Source of the DNA: a virus
Taxonomy: Duplodnaviria > Caudoviricetes
DNA: 40,502 bases
Direction: 5' to 3' (one strand)
Virus record (IMG/VR): IMGVR_UViG_3300042198_000101
Location: 1-40,502 of that record
The number at the start of each line of letters is the position of its first letter. Positions within the stretch are counted from its first letter, which is position 1. Of this stretch, positions 16,612-25,466 are shown piece after piece. Position numbers and translations under genes: made by a program. The notes under the pieces were generated by a model. The model was not told the DNA's origin. It saw only the letters and a list, made by a program, of their open reading frames with translations, and did no database searches.

Positions 16612-16839
16612 ATGTCGAAACTCAAATCATACCGCACACGCAAAGGCTGGACGCTGGACGAGGCCGCCGCTGAGCTGGGGCTTTCTAAGTCTTACATATC
16701 AGAACTTGAGACCGGCGCCCGCCCGTGGACGCTGAAGGCGGCGCGCAAGGTCGAAGCTGCCACGGGCGGCGCGATCAGGGCCGCCGACCTTCTCGGCTTC
16801 AGTCAACCCAAACGCAGGGAGGCCGGGGCGACCGCCTGA
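16612..16839 (+). CDS. cro: Cro-like HTH repressor
   Basis: 75 aa, WTLDEAAAELGLSKSYISELETG...EAATGG. Confidence 0.85.
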   Translation: MSKLKSYRTRKGWTLDEAAAELGLSKSYISELETGARPWTLKAARKVEAATGGAIRAADLLGFSQPKRREAGATA

Positions 16840-16858
16840 AGCGGTTCACGGGGCACAC

Positions 16859-17143
16859 ATGACACATCAATCATTTCAGCGCGCCCTGCGGCGCGCATCC
16901 GAAAACCGCCGCCTGTCTGGTGCGTGCCAGTCAGCGGCGGGCGCCGTGGCGACTTGTCCCCCACCCAACCCGGCCGCCACGGCGCAACCCCCATCACCCG
17001 CCCGTGGTCCGGTCGGCACTCCCCGCGCTGCGGCGCGGGGCTTTTTATTCCAATCCGCGAAGTCGAACCCAGGACGCGGATCCAAGCCCGGCGCGCTCCT
17101 GACTGTGGTGTACCGCGCGCCGGGCAAGGGGGGGCGCTCGTGA
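16859..17143 (+). other. Highly structured leader (six hairpins); overlapping 94-aa ORF is doubtful
   Basis: Hairpins at 16879-16896, 16906-16940, 16941-16985, 17021-17040, 17053-17081, 17086-17125. Confidence 0.5.
17021..17049 (+). terminator. tR1-like terminator
   Basis: CCCCGCGC-TGCG-GCGCGGGG-CTTTTTATT. Confidence 0.7.
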
Positions 17144-17583
17144 TTAGGTTCACAGTTCCCGGAGAGCCGCGCGGATGGGCTCGCGCTCGCACGCGGCAGG
17201 GTAGGTTTTTCACGGACACCAAGACGCGCAGCGAAAAGCAGGCTGTCGCGGCATGGGCGATCGAGGCTGGCGCGACGGTGCATGACGGGCCCATTCGCCT
17301 CATCGTTCGCGCCTATCTCGGCATTCCGCGATCGGCATCTAAACGGCGTCAGGCGGCTATGCTGGCAAATCAGGAATATCCGACCAAAAAACCTGACGGC
17401 GACAACCTCGCAAAATTGGTTGGCGACGCGCTCACGGGCGTGTGTTGGCGCGACGACGTGCAGGTGGTCGATTGGATTATTGAAAAGCGGTGGTGTGTTG
17501 AGCCGCGACTGGAAATCGAGGTTGCCCCGATGGCCGGGGCCATAAGGCAGAGCGATGGAAACCAGCGAAATAAGGCGGCCTAG
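17140..17583 (+). CDS. rusA: RusA-family Holliday junction resolvase
   Basis: FTVPGEP...KPDGDNLAKLVGDALTGVCWRDDVQVV; GTG start at 17140. Confidence 0.9.
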   Translation: MIRFTVPGEPRGWARARTRQGRFFTDTKTRSEKQAVAAWAIEAGATVHDGPIRLIVRAYLGIPRSASKRRQAAMLANQEYPTKKPDGDNLAKLVGDALTGVCWRDDVQVVDWIIEKRWCVEPRLEIEVAPMAGAIRQSDGNQRNKAA

Positions 17584-17682
17584 ACCGCACGAATAAGCTG
17601 GCGCGCTGGCTTCTTTCCTTTCCATCGCCGCGAAACTTTTCGCGAGCAAGGGCAGGAAGCCGAAAAGGAAAGGACTGTCATC

Positions 17683-18516
17683 ATGGGCCTGCCCATTATC
17701 ACAGCCGACCAACGGATGAAGCAGACGAGGGGCGTCAAGGCGCTCATTCTCGGCCTTCCCGGCGTCGGCAAGACTTCACTGCTGCGCACGATCGATCCGG
17801 CGTCCACATTGTTTGTGGACCTTGAAGCTGGGGATCTCGCCGTGCAGGACGTGCCGGTTGATCAGATGCGCCCAGGCACATGGGAGGAGTGTCGCGACCT
17901 GGCGGCCTTCCTCGCCGGGGCCAACCTCAACGTGCGCCCGAAAGACCTTTACGGCCAGGAGCACTATGAGCGGGCCGTGGCGCGCTTCGGCTCGCCGGAT
18001 GCGTTGACGAAGTATTCAACGATCTTCGTCGACAGCGTGACCGTTGCCGGTCGCCTCTGTTTCAACTGGTGCGAGCACCAGCCCGAAAGCTTCAACGCCA
18101 AGGGCGAGAAAAACCTTCTCGGCACGTATGGGCTGCACGGGCGCGAGCTGATCCAGTGGATTACGCGCCTGCAGCACGCGCGCATGCAGAACGTCGTATT
18201 CGTCTGCCTGCTTGACGAGAAGGAAGACGATTTCAAGCGCAAGTCATGGGTGGCGCAGATCGACGGCAGCAAGGCGGGGCGTGAAATGCCCGGCATTGTG
18301 GACGAGGTTCTGACCCTCGCTATCATCCGGCCCGACGAGGGCGAGCCGTTCCGCGCGTTCATCACCAACCCCGATAATCCGTGGGGCTTCCCCGCGAAGG
18401 ATCGTTCGGGGCGGCTGGATCCGATGGAAGCGCCGGACCTTGGCCAACTCTTCAATAAGCTCAACGACACGGCGCGCGGCACATCCGCCAAGACGACACC
18501 GCGCGCCGCTGCCTGA
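17683..18516 (+). CDS. Sak4-like AAA ATPase / recombinase
   Basis: Walker A GLPGVGKTS, IFVDS Walker B, AKDRSG motif. Confidence 0.85.
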   Translation: MGLPIITADQRMKQTRGVKALILGLPGVGKTSLLRTIDPASTLFVDLEAGDLAVQDVPVDQMRPGTWEECRDLAAFLAGANLNVRPKDLYGQEHYERAVARFGSPDALTKYSTIFVDSVTVAGRLCFNWCEHQPESFNAKGEKNLLGTYGLHGRELIQWITRLQHARMQNVVFVCLLDEKEDDFKRKSWVAQIDGSKAGREMPGIVDEVLTLAIIRPDEGEPFRAFITNPDNPWGFPAKDRSGRLDPMEAPDLGQLFNKLNDTARGTSAKTTPRAAA

Positions 18517-18545
18517 TCAATCCCATTCAAGAAAGAACAAGCAAC

Positions 18546-19142
18546 ATGTCTATGGATTTCAACGACGCAGAACGTCAATCCTCCGGCGGCGGTGAGCCTA
18601 TGCCTGCGGGCACGGTGGCCCCGGTGGTGATCAGCCTTCGCGGCATCAAGACCAGCAAGAGCGACAACCGCGTGCAGGGCCTCGACCTTGAGTTTACTGT
18701 CAGCGCTGGTCCGTTCAAAGGCCGCAAGGCTTGGAAGTGGGCAGGCTTCTCCGGCAACGGATCGGACGGCCACAACAAGATGGTCGCCATTACCCGCGCC
18801 TTTATCCGAGGCGCGCTCGAAAGCGCCTACGGCGTTGACCCTTCAGATGATAGCCAGGCGGCAATGGACGCGCGCCGCCTTGGCGATTGGGACGACCTGC
18901 AGGGGCTGGAGTTCGTCGCCCGCTTCGATGTCGAAAAGGGCGAGGACTACACGGACCAGCGCACGGGCGAGCACCGGAAGGGCAAGGACAAGAACACACT
19001 CGTTGCCGTCACCCCTGATGACCCGGATTATCAGGGCTTCACGCCGGCCAAGCGCAAGCCTGCGCTGGCGTCTGCGGGCGGCGTCAGCGCCCCCAAGGGC
19101 AATAGCGGCGGCGCCTATCAGCGCCCGAACTTCGCGAGGTAG
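18546..19142 (+). CDS. Single-stranded DNA-binding protein (DUF669-like)
   Basis: Follows Sak4; LDLEFTV..GPFKGRK.W motif; low-complexity tail. Confidence 0.7.
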   Translation: MSMDFNDAERQSSGGGEPMPAGTVAPVVISLRGIKTSKSDNRVQGLDLEFTVSAGPFKGRKAWKWAGFSGNGSDGHNKMVAITRAFIRGALESAYGVDPSDDSQAAMDARRLGDWDDLQGLEFVARFDVEKGEDYTDQRTGEHRKGKDKNTLVAVTPDDPDYQGFTPAKRKPALASAGGVSAPKGNSGGAYQRPNFAR

Positions 19143-19185
19143 GGCGATGGGGCGGGGTAACTCCCGCCCCTGACCCGCACGCATC

Positions 19186-19575
19186 ATGAGAGAAGACCCA
19201 GACAATCTGGCGACGGCGACAGCCGCCGCCACGCTCAAACGCATGTTTGCCGATCGGCAGCACGCGATGACGACAGACGAGAGCTGGCACATAGCCTTCA
19301 CCATCATCAACACATGGATACAGGCCCGCACATGCAATTGGGCAAAGCGCCGGGGCACGCCCCGGATCGGCTCGCCGGATGCGATGACGCTGGGCTTCAC
19401 TGAGGCCGCATTGCCGCTGATCGCCGACAAGGCGTCGGGCATGCCCTGGGGTTCGCCCCTGGGCGACTGGTCCAAAGTTGAGGCTGCACTGCTCTTTGCC
19501 ATCGCGCACGAGGCGATCGAGCAGACCCGAATGCAAACGCTGGAAGATCCATCAGATGACGAGGTGCCGGCATGA
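19186..19575 (+). CDS. Hypothetical protein, 129 aa
   Basis: W..PL.DWSK motif and acidic DEVPA end; in the replication cluster. Confidence 0.65.
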   Translation: MREDPDNLATATAAATLKRMFADRQHAMTTDESWHIAFTIINTWIQARTCNWAKRRGTPRIGSPDAMTLGFTEAALPLIADKASGMPWGSPLGDWSKVEAALLFAIAHEAIEQTRMQTLEDPSDDEVPA

Positions 19576-19949
19576 GCCGCAAACGCAAGACTGAAACCGT
19601 TCCCGCTCCGGTTGCGATCAGCGCCGGCCAGCGCCTGACGTGCGAGGGCTGCCAGGCGCTGAGGCGCTATCCCACGCCGATGTGTCGCAATGAGCATTCG
19701 CCCAACTACCGCAGGCCGGTGGATACCTATTCGCTGCAATGCAACCGCTATGCCGTTGCCGGCGCCGTCACAAAGCCGCCAGAGCCCAAGCCGGAACCCC
19801 CGCCGGTTTCGCGCGCAGTGATTGCTGGCGAGGTGGCAAAGGCTAAACACAATCGATGGGCTATCCGCGATGGCGTGCTGTTCAAGCCGCGCGATCCTGA
19901 ACACGCGGCGCTTATGGAGCGCAATCGCGCGCGGAGGGTGCGCGCATGA
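19572..19949 (+). CDS. Hypothetical Cys-containing protein
   Basis: CEGC...C...C; ATGA-coupled. Confidence 0.65.
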   Translation: MSRKRKTETVPAPVAISAGQRLTCEGCQALRRYPTPMCRNEHSPNYRRPVDTYSLQCNRYAVAGAVTKPPEPKPEPPPVSRAVIAGEVAKAKHNRWAIRDGVLFKPRDPEHAALMERNRARRVRA

Positions 19950-20674
19950 TCGACCTCAATCCTTCTTCCATGATCCGCAGCGCTGACGTTGCAGCGATCC
20001 ACGCTGCTCTTGATAGCGTCTCGCCCAGGCCTGAGAAGCGCCGGGCCTATGTTGGCGCGTCATCGATCGGCGGCATGTGCGAACGGCGCGTGCAGTATGA
20101 TTTCCTGCAGACGCCATACGATGAGGGCTGGCGCCACTCGGCCCGCACGCTGCGCATCTTCGAGCGCGGGCACATGATGGAAAGCATGGCCGCGCTCTGG
20201 CTGGTCGACGCGGGGTTCCGGCTGACGCAGACGGGCAAGGACGGAAAGCCGCTGGGCTTCAGCGTGGCGGGCGGCGCGTTCGCCGGCCACGTTGACCGGG
20301 TCTGCACTGGGGGGCCGCTGATGCTCGCCTATCCGTTTGTGATCGAGTTCAAGGCGCTCGGCCAGAAGTCGTGGAAGGCGATCGAAAGCAAGGGCCTTGC
20401 GAAAGCCAAGCCCGAATATGCCGACCAGGTCGCGCTCTACCAGGCCTACATGGACATCACAAACCCGGCGCTTTTCTTCGCGGTCAATTGCGACACGATG
20501 GAGCTTTATCTGGAAATGGTCCCGTTCGATGCCGCGCGCGCACAGGCTGCATCCGACCGGGCGGTGGCCATCATCGAGGACAGCCGCGCCGGGGCCATGC
20601 GTCCGCGGTGTACGGATGATCCGGGGTTTTTCGCGTGCAGTGATTGCCCGTTCAAGCGGAGGTGCTGGGGATGA
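19946..20674 (+). CDS. Cas4-like PD-(D/E)XK exonuclease
   Basis: GASSIGGMC, GHVD, IEFKA, QVALYQ and C-terminal C..C.....C cluster ligands. Confidence 0.85.
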   Translation: MIDLNPSSMIRSADVAAIHAALDSVSPRPEKRRAYVGASSIGGMCERRVQYDFLQTPYDEGWRHSARTLRIFERGHMMESMAALWLVDAGFRLTQTGKDGKPLGFSVAGGAFAGHVDRVCTGGPLMLAYPFVIEFKALGQKSWKAIESKGLAKAKPEYADQVALYQAYMDITNPALFFAVNCDTMELYLEMVPFDAARAQAASDRAVAIIEDSRAGAMRPRCTDDPGFFACSDCPFKRRCWG

Positions 20675-21138
20675 GCTGCGAGCATCAGAGAACGGAAATC
20701 CGGCACAAAATCGCCAGCAACGGCCAGCCGTTTGTAAAGCGGCAATGCCTCGACTGCGGCAGGGCGGCGGGAAACCATATTGCTCACCGAGAGTTGCAAT
20801 GGCGCCCGCAGGATTATCCGCCCTGGGATAACGACCTGGCGCAGCGTGGCGCAGCAATGCGCAGTGCCGAGTTCGAGAAGATGCGGCGCCAGAAAAACCA
20901 CCTCTGGTGGAGCTGGTACAACAACTATCTGTCATCGAATGCATGGAAGGAGCGCCGGAAAAAGGTTCTCGCCCGCGCCGGCGGCATTTGTGAAGCCTGC
21001 GGCGTTGCCGAGGCCGGGTCGGTTCACCACACGACATATGAGCATGTTGGCGATGAGCCCTTGTGGGAGCTGAAGGCCATCTGCGAGGCCTGCCATGACC
21101 GCTTGCATGATTATCAGCATCCGATCAGGGGAGGCTGA
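20671..21138 (+). CDS. HNH endonuclease with N-terminal Zn ribbon
   Basis: CEACG...HHTTY...CEACHDRLH; ATG 20671 coupled. Confidence 0.8.
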   Translation: MSCEHQRTEIRHKIASNGQPFVKRQCLDCGRAAGNHIAHRELQWRPQDYPPWDNDLAQRGAAMRSAEFEKMRRQKNHLWWSWYNNYLSSNAWKERRKKVLARAGGICEACGVAEAGSVHHTTYEHVGDEPLWELKAICEACHDRLHDYQHPIRGG

Positions 21139-21139
21139 T

Positions 21140-23158
21140 GTGCTAGATTTCAATGACGCGGCATCTGTTCTTGAGAATGTCTACAGCCTGCCCAGCAAGC
21201 CCAATGTCGAAGCCATGCGCGCTATGGTCGACATGCTTTTCCGCATGGCGACCAAGGGCAGGATAGAGCTGGCGTGGACTTCGGATGTCGCGCCCCACAC
21301 GCTGAACAGCGCCCGCATGTTCGGGCCGGAAGACCTTGAAGATCTTGTCGACCGGGCCGTGAGGCTCAACGAAACGCCCAACCGCAATGTCTATGTGTCG
21401 GCAGGCCTCAGGCGCGAAACGGTCGACAGCGATCACAGAGCGACAGATGCGGACGTGTTCGCCGTCACCGCTGTCAAAGCGGACTTTGATGCGCCAGGCG
21501 CACTGGACGCCGCTTGGCGGCTCCTGAAAGAGCGCGCGCTTTTGCCCAATATGGTTGTCATTACCGGCAATCATCCGCACATGCGCGGGCAGATGTGGTG
21601 GGTTCTCGATGAGCCTACCGATGATCTTGAAGTCGCGCGCGAGCTGGAAAGGCGGCTTGCCATCTGGCTTGGGGGCGACAAGTCGATTATCAATCCCTCT
21701 CGCGTCATGCGCCTGGGCGGGTCGGTTGCATGGCCCCTCAAGGCCGGTCGCAAGGTCGAAGTCACCGACCTGATCACAAAAACGGCCCGGCAGGCTGCAT
21801 GGGGCCTTGAGGAACTGAAGGCCGCCGTCCGTGAAGCCGTGCCGGTCAATGCAAATCCTGCCGCACCCATCGATCCGATGGACTTCAACACAGCCGGCAA
21901 GCAGGGCGGAACCGGCATCCTTGAGCGCATCAACAAGGCGCTGCATGGTGAGGAATGGCACAACAATGTCAGGGATGCGGTAGCCCACGCCGTTGCCCGC
22001 GGAACCCCGGCAGATATCGTTGTCGACCTGATGGCCCCCCTCGTTGTGCGGGCAGGCTACACAATCGAGGAAACCCGCCGAGACATTGCCACCATGGCCC
22101 GCGGGGCTTTGGCCAAAGGGTTTGCGCCAGATCCTGAGAAGCCAACCGAGCCCGACCGCCCCCGCCTGCCCATCCTCGATGTCCCAGGCCTGCTATCGGT
22201 CCCCGATCCCACATGGATTATTGACGGCTGGGTGATCGATGACGGCGTGTCCGTCTGGTACGGGCCGCCAAAGGTCTACAAGACATTCAACGTTCTCGAC
22301 ATGGCGTTGAGCGTGGCCTGCGGCGTGGCCTGGCGCGGCAATGCCGTCACTCAACAGCCGGTCCTGTACCTGCTCGGCGAGGGCATGGGGACTTTCAAGT
22401 ATCGCGTCCACGTCTGGCTTGAGAAGCGATCCGAGGGCCGCCAGGCGCAATTCTGGACCATCCCGGTAGGTGTGCCCCTCTCAACCCCGGAAGGGCTCAC
22501 AAACGCCCTGGCGGCCATAGACAGCCTGCCCGTTCGACCTGGCCTGATCGTGGTCGACACCCTCAACCGACACTTCGGGCCAGGCGATGAAAACTCATCG
22601 CAGGACATGACCCGTTTCGTTCAGGCAATCGATGCGTTGCGGGCCCACACACGCGCCCACATCGCTGTCGTCCACCATAGCGGCAAGGACGCCGAGAAGG
22701 GCGCAAGGGGCTCATCGGCCCTTCTAGGGGCCGTTGACAATGAGTTCAGGATCACCCGCACCGAGGGCACGAAGATTTGTCGGATCGAATGCACCGCGGC
22801 GCGCCATTCCGATGAGCCGAAACCCATGACCGTCGAGTTGGTCCCGGTGGAGGTTACCCATGCGGAAACCGGGCTCGTGATGTCATCCCTCCTGCCCGTT
22901 CTGCGGGATGATGGGGAGGCGGATCAGGGGAGCAAGCCAGCCGGTAAACCTCTCTCTAAATCCGCCCGGCTGGTCATGACACTGCTGTCCGAAGGCCCGA
23001 AATTCGTGAAAGAGCTAGTGGAAGAAACCGGCCTAAAAAGGCCAACGGTGCAGCTAATCCTTTCCGATTTGGCCGCTTCCAAGCAAGTTTATTCCAAAGA
23101 GGCTGAAGGGGCAAAACTCTGGTATGTGTTGGAAGCGGGAGGCAACACCCATGCCTAA
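21140..23158 (+). CDS. Primase-helicase (RepB-like primase, AAA_25/RepA helicase, C-terminal HTH)
   Basis: ADFD and SRVMRLGGS primase motifs; GPPKVYKT Walker A, IVVDTL, VHHSGK...RGSSAL; GTG start after GGGGAGG. Confidence 0.88.
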   Translation: MLDFNDAASVLENVYSLPSKPNVEAMRAMVDMLFRMATKGRIELAWTSDVAPHTLNSARMFGPEDLEDLVDRAVRLNETPNRNVYVSAGLRRETVDSDHRATDADVFAVTAVKADFDAPGALDAAWRLLKERALLPNMVVITGNHPHMRGQMWWVLDEPTDDLEVARELERRLAIWLGGDKSIINPSRVMRLGGSVAWPLKAGRKVEVTDLITKTARQAAWGLEELKAAVREAVPVNANPAAPIDPMDFNTAGKQGGTGILERINKALHGEEWHNNVRDAVAHAVARGTPADIVVDLMAPLVVRAGYTIEETRRDIATMARGALAKGFAPDPEKPTEPDRPRLPILDVPGLLSVPDPTWIIDGWVIDDGVSVWYGPPKVYKTFNVLDMALSVACGVAWRGNAVTQQPVLYLLGEGMGTFKYRVHVWLEKRSEGRQAQFWTIPVGVPLSTPEGLTNALAAIDSLPVRPGLIVVDTLNRHFGPGDENSSQDMTRFVQAIDALRAHTRAHIAVVHHSGKDAEKGARGSSALLGAVDNEFRITRTEGTKICRIECTAARHSDEPKPMTVELVPVEVTHAETGLVMSSLLPVLRDDGEADQGSKPAGKPLSKSARLVMTLLSEGPKFVKELVEETGLKRPTVQLILSDLAASKQVYSKEAEGAKLWYVLEAGGNTHA

Positions 23159-23297
23159 TGATTTCAATGGGTTGGTTGGGGTGTTGCTTGGTGTTGCCTG
23201 GTGTTGCCTGTTGTTCGCCGGATGCCGGGGGGGTGTTGCTTACTTTCGGGGCCCCCTAAAGGGGGGCCCGGAAGCAACACCCGCACCGGGGCAACAT
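23141..23297. repeat. Iteron-like GGTGTTGCYT repeats, putative replication origin
   Basis: Direct copies at 23180, 23190, 23200, 23232; inverted copies at 23141, 23272, 23290; IHF-like TTTCAATGGGTTG at 23162-23174. Confidence 0.65.
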
Positions 23298-23370
23298 GGG
23301 GGGAGGAAAATTTTTTCTCTCTCGATTGCGATTGCCGGACGATTGACCGCCGCTACAAACCCCGCCACCC

Positions 23371-23520
23371 ATGCAGGTCATGCAAGACTGGGAACGCAAG
23401 GCCGCCGAGCTGGCCGAGGAGAACCGCCAGCGCCGCGAGCAATCATCGCCGTGGGGATGGGTCGGGCTGATGATCGCCGGGGTGGTCTGGGTCGCAATCC
23501 TGGTCTCCGCGATTTTCTAA
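23371..23520 (+). CDS. 49-aa C-terminally anchored membrane microprotein (not in ORF track)
   Basis: MQVMQDWERKAAELAEENRQRREQSSPWGWVGLMIAGVVWVAILVSAIF; start may be 23380. Confidence 0.6.
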   Translation: MQVMQDWERKAAELAEENRQRREQSSPWGWVGLMIAGVVWVAILVSAIF

Positions 23521-23643
23521 TCATACGCTCAACGCGCGCGAGCCGCTTGACGGTCCATCCGAAACCCGCCATGCATGAGCCTGTGATCGCCCCGGCAGTG
23601 GGTGACGCAGATCGGACCACGGGCCTTAACCAGAGGCCCGACC

Positions 23644-23961
23644 ATGCAGACCACCTACGAACTCGCGCTGAACGAATTTCGCGATGCTTCCGCCCATGTG
23701 CGGCTTTGCTTCGCCCAGGTGTCCGAAGCGCGCGAGCTACAGATCATCGCCGACAGCAAGCACAAGGTCGCGTCCAACGCGCTTTCCGAGGCGCAGGCCC
23801 GGCTTGATCGGGCAGACGCCGCCCTGGCCGCCGCGCGCGAGGCGCCGCCGCAGCCAATGCCCCGCGTGACGCAGGCCGATATCGACGGGCTGGCCGAGCC
23901 GGCGTGGAATGGATCGGCTGCCATCGCCAACGTTGACGATCAGCCCCTGCGTATCGGCTGA
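23644..23961 (+). CDS. Hypothetical coiled-coil protein
   Basis: AGAGG SD before ATG 23644. Confidence 0.65.
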   Translation: MQTTYELALNEFRDASAHVRLCFAQVSEARELQIIADSKHKVASNALSEAQARLDRADAALAAAREAPPQPMPRVTQADIDGLAEPAWNGSAAIANVDDQPLRIG

Positions 23962-23967
23962 TCGGTC

Positions 23968-24477
23968 ATGGGGCACGGGGCCGCCGCCATCGTCGCAGAC
24001 GTCGAGAGCCAGGCGCGCGACCGGATCGAACGCATCGTTCATGAGGCGATGTTGACAATGCGGATGGAGATGGACCGCGACCGCGCGCCCCGCGGGCGCT
24101 CATGCTGGCCGGATTACGTCTATGAGCGCGAGGACTGGGGCGACCGGCCCGCCCTGGGCGAGCTGCGCTCCCTCGTGCCCCCATGGCGGCCAGGCGGGGC
24201 GCACCTCGACCGGATGGAGTGGGTTTTCCTCGATTGCTACGGCAAATGGCCCAACCCGCGATCGCGATCGAATGGGCTAGAGCGCTGGCAGTGGCTCCTC
24301 CTCGAAATCCGCGCCTGGCAAACCATTTGCGGCCTGCGTGGCGGCTGGCGCCACATCGCCGAGGCCATACGCTCCCGCCCCGGCATGCCGAAATTCGGCT
24401 ATGAGTGGGCAAGGATCGAACACCGCCGACTGATCGACATCGCGGTGTCGGCGGCGCGGCGGGATGGGTGGGTGTGA
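23968..24477 (+). CDS. Putative late transcription regulator (DUF6362-like, Q-equivalent position)
   Basis: WPDY...RP...DRMEW...RAW...WRHIA pattern; immediately upstream of the late promoter/terminator. Confidence 0.55.
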   Translation: MGHGAAAIVADVESQARDRIERIVHEAMLTMRMEMDRDRAPRGRSCWPDYVYEREDWGDRPALGELRSLVPPWRPGGAHLDRMEWVFLDCYGKWPNPRSRSNGLERWQWLLLEIRAWQTICGLRGGWRHIAEAIRSRPGMPKFGYEWARIEHRRLIDIAVSAARRDGWV

Positions 24478-24506
24478 CCCCTGCGACAAAATAATTAGCA
24501 CCCCGA

Positions 24507-24545
24507 GTTGACAAGGTTGACAAAATCATGGCGATTTCCGCCCAT
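24507..24545 (+). promoter_or_regulatory. Putative late promoter with tandem GTTGACAA
   Basis: TTGACA at 24508 and 24517 in an AT-rich intergenic region; -10 box not clear. Confidence 0.5.
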
Positions 24546-24568
24546 CGTGGGGTATAGCGCCCTGCAGC

Positions 24569-24599
24569 AAAACCCGGCCCGAAAGGCGCCGGGTTTTTT
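24569..24599 (+). terminator. tR'-like terminator before the late operon
   Basis: AAAACCCGGC...GCCGGGTTTTTT. Confidence 0.75.
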
Positions 24600-24620
24600 C
24601 GTGGCTGGGGAGCCATCACC

Positions 24621-25025
24621 GTGAAAACCAATGCCGCGCCCAAAGCGCAGCCCAAGCCTGCGCCCGAGCCGCAGGGCAACGGCTTTTCCGCGTTCCTGTC
24701 GCGCCAGGTCGAGAAGTTCAAATCGACCCGGCCTGATCACTCGTTCGAGGGCTTCGTGGCCGCGATCAAGCTGGCGGTCGAGTACGCCGGCAAGCGCGAC
24801 TGGAACAGCGCCGAGGACATGTGCGAGGAGATCGAGGCGCAGATGCGCGCCATGCTGCGCGTCCCCTCGGGGGTCTATGTCGAGTACGTCGCCCGCAACC
24901 GCGAGACCAAGCAGCCCCGCCTGCTGATCCTCACCGAATGGGGCTTCCGCGAAGCCGTCGAGGGACAGCTGTCATTCAACCTGCACTTCAAGCCCGAGCG
25001 CCAGCCGCTGCGGCCAGTCAAGTGA
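24621..25025 (+). CDS. Hypothetical protein, 134 aa
   Basis: GGGGAG SD, GTG start, strongly GC3-biased codons. Confidence 0.7.
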   Translation: MKTNAAPKAQPKPAPEPQGNGFSAFLSRQVEKFKSTRPDHSFEGFVAAIKLAVEYAGKRDWNSAEDMCEEIEAQMRAMLRVPSGVYVEYVARNRETKQPRLLILTEWGFREAVEGQLSFNLHFKPERQPLRPVK

Positions 25026-25034
25026 GCTTTACCT

Positions 25035-25466
25035 ATGGCCCGGCCTAAGCGCGGCGAGGAGCACCCGCGCGATGAGTATCGCGACAAGATCAGGCTCATG
25101 TGCGCGATCGGCATCCCGAAAGACCACATCGCCTCGTTGCTCAGGATGGGCAAAGACACGCTATACGCCTTCTACAGCGAAGAACTTGAAACCGGCGCGT
25201 CATCCGCAAACGCAGTCGTCGGCGGGAAGATTTTCGAGGCTGCCAAGCGCGGCGAGCAATGGGCCTGCACCCTATGGGCCGTGCGCCGCATGGGCTGGAA
25301 GGAAACCAACACGCAGGAAGTGACCGGCAAGGATGGCGGGCCAATCGAAGTCGCAGACGCAGGTGCGGGCAAACGCCTCCTCGATGAGCTGGCCCGTTCT
25401 GACCGCTCAAGAGAGATTGCGGCTAAAGTGGTTAGCGACAGCGAGGGACAATCAAAAGCCACCTAA
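25035..25466 (+). CDS. terS: Terminase small subunit
   Basis: N-terminal HTH, RMGWKET...EVTGKDGGPIE; precedes terL. Confidence 0.85.
   Translation: MARPKRGEEHPRDEYRDKIRLMCAIGIPKDHIASLLRMGKDTLYAFYSEELETGASSANAVVGGKIFEAAKRGEQWACTLWAVRRMGWKETNTQEVTGKDGGPIEVADAGAGKRLLDELARSDRSREIAAKVVSDSEGQSKAT

Noticed and set aside
19946-20674. Cas4-like nuclease as sign of a CRISPR-Cas system
   Set aside because: No repeat-spacer array or other cas genes; it sits in a standard Sak4/SSB recombination module
23124-23807. 227-aa ORF across the putative origin
   Set aside because: Low-complexity translation of iterons that overlaps better-supported ORFs in other frames
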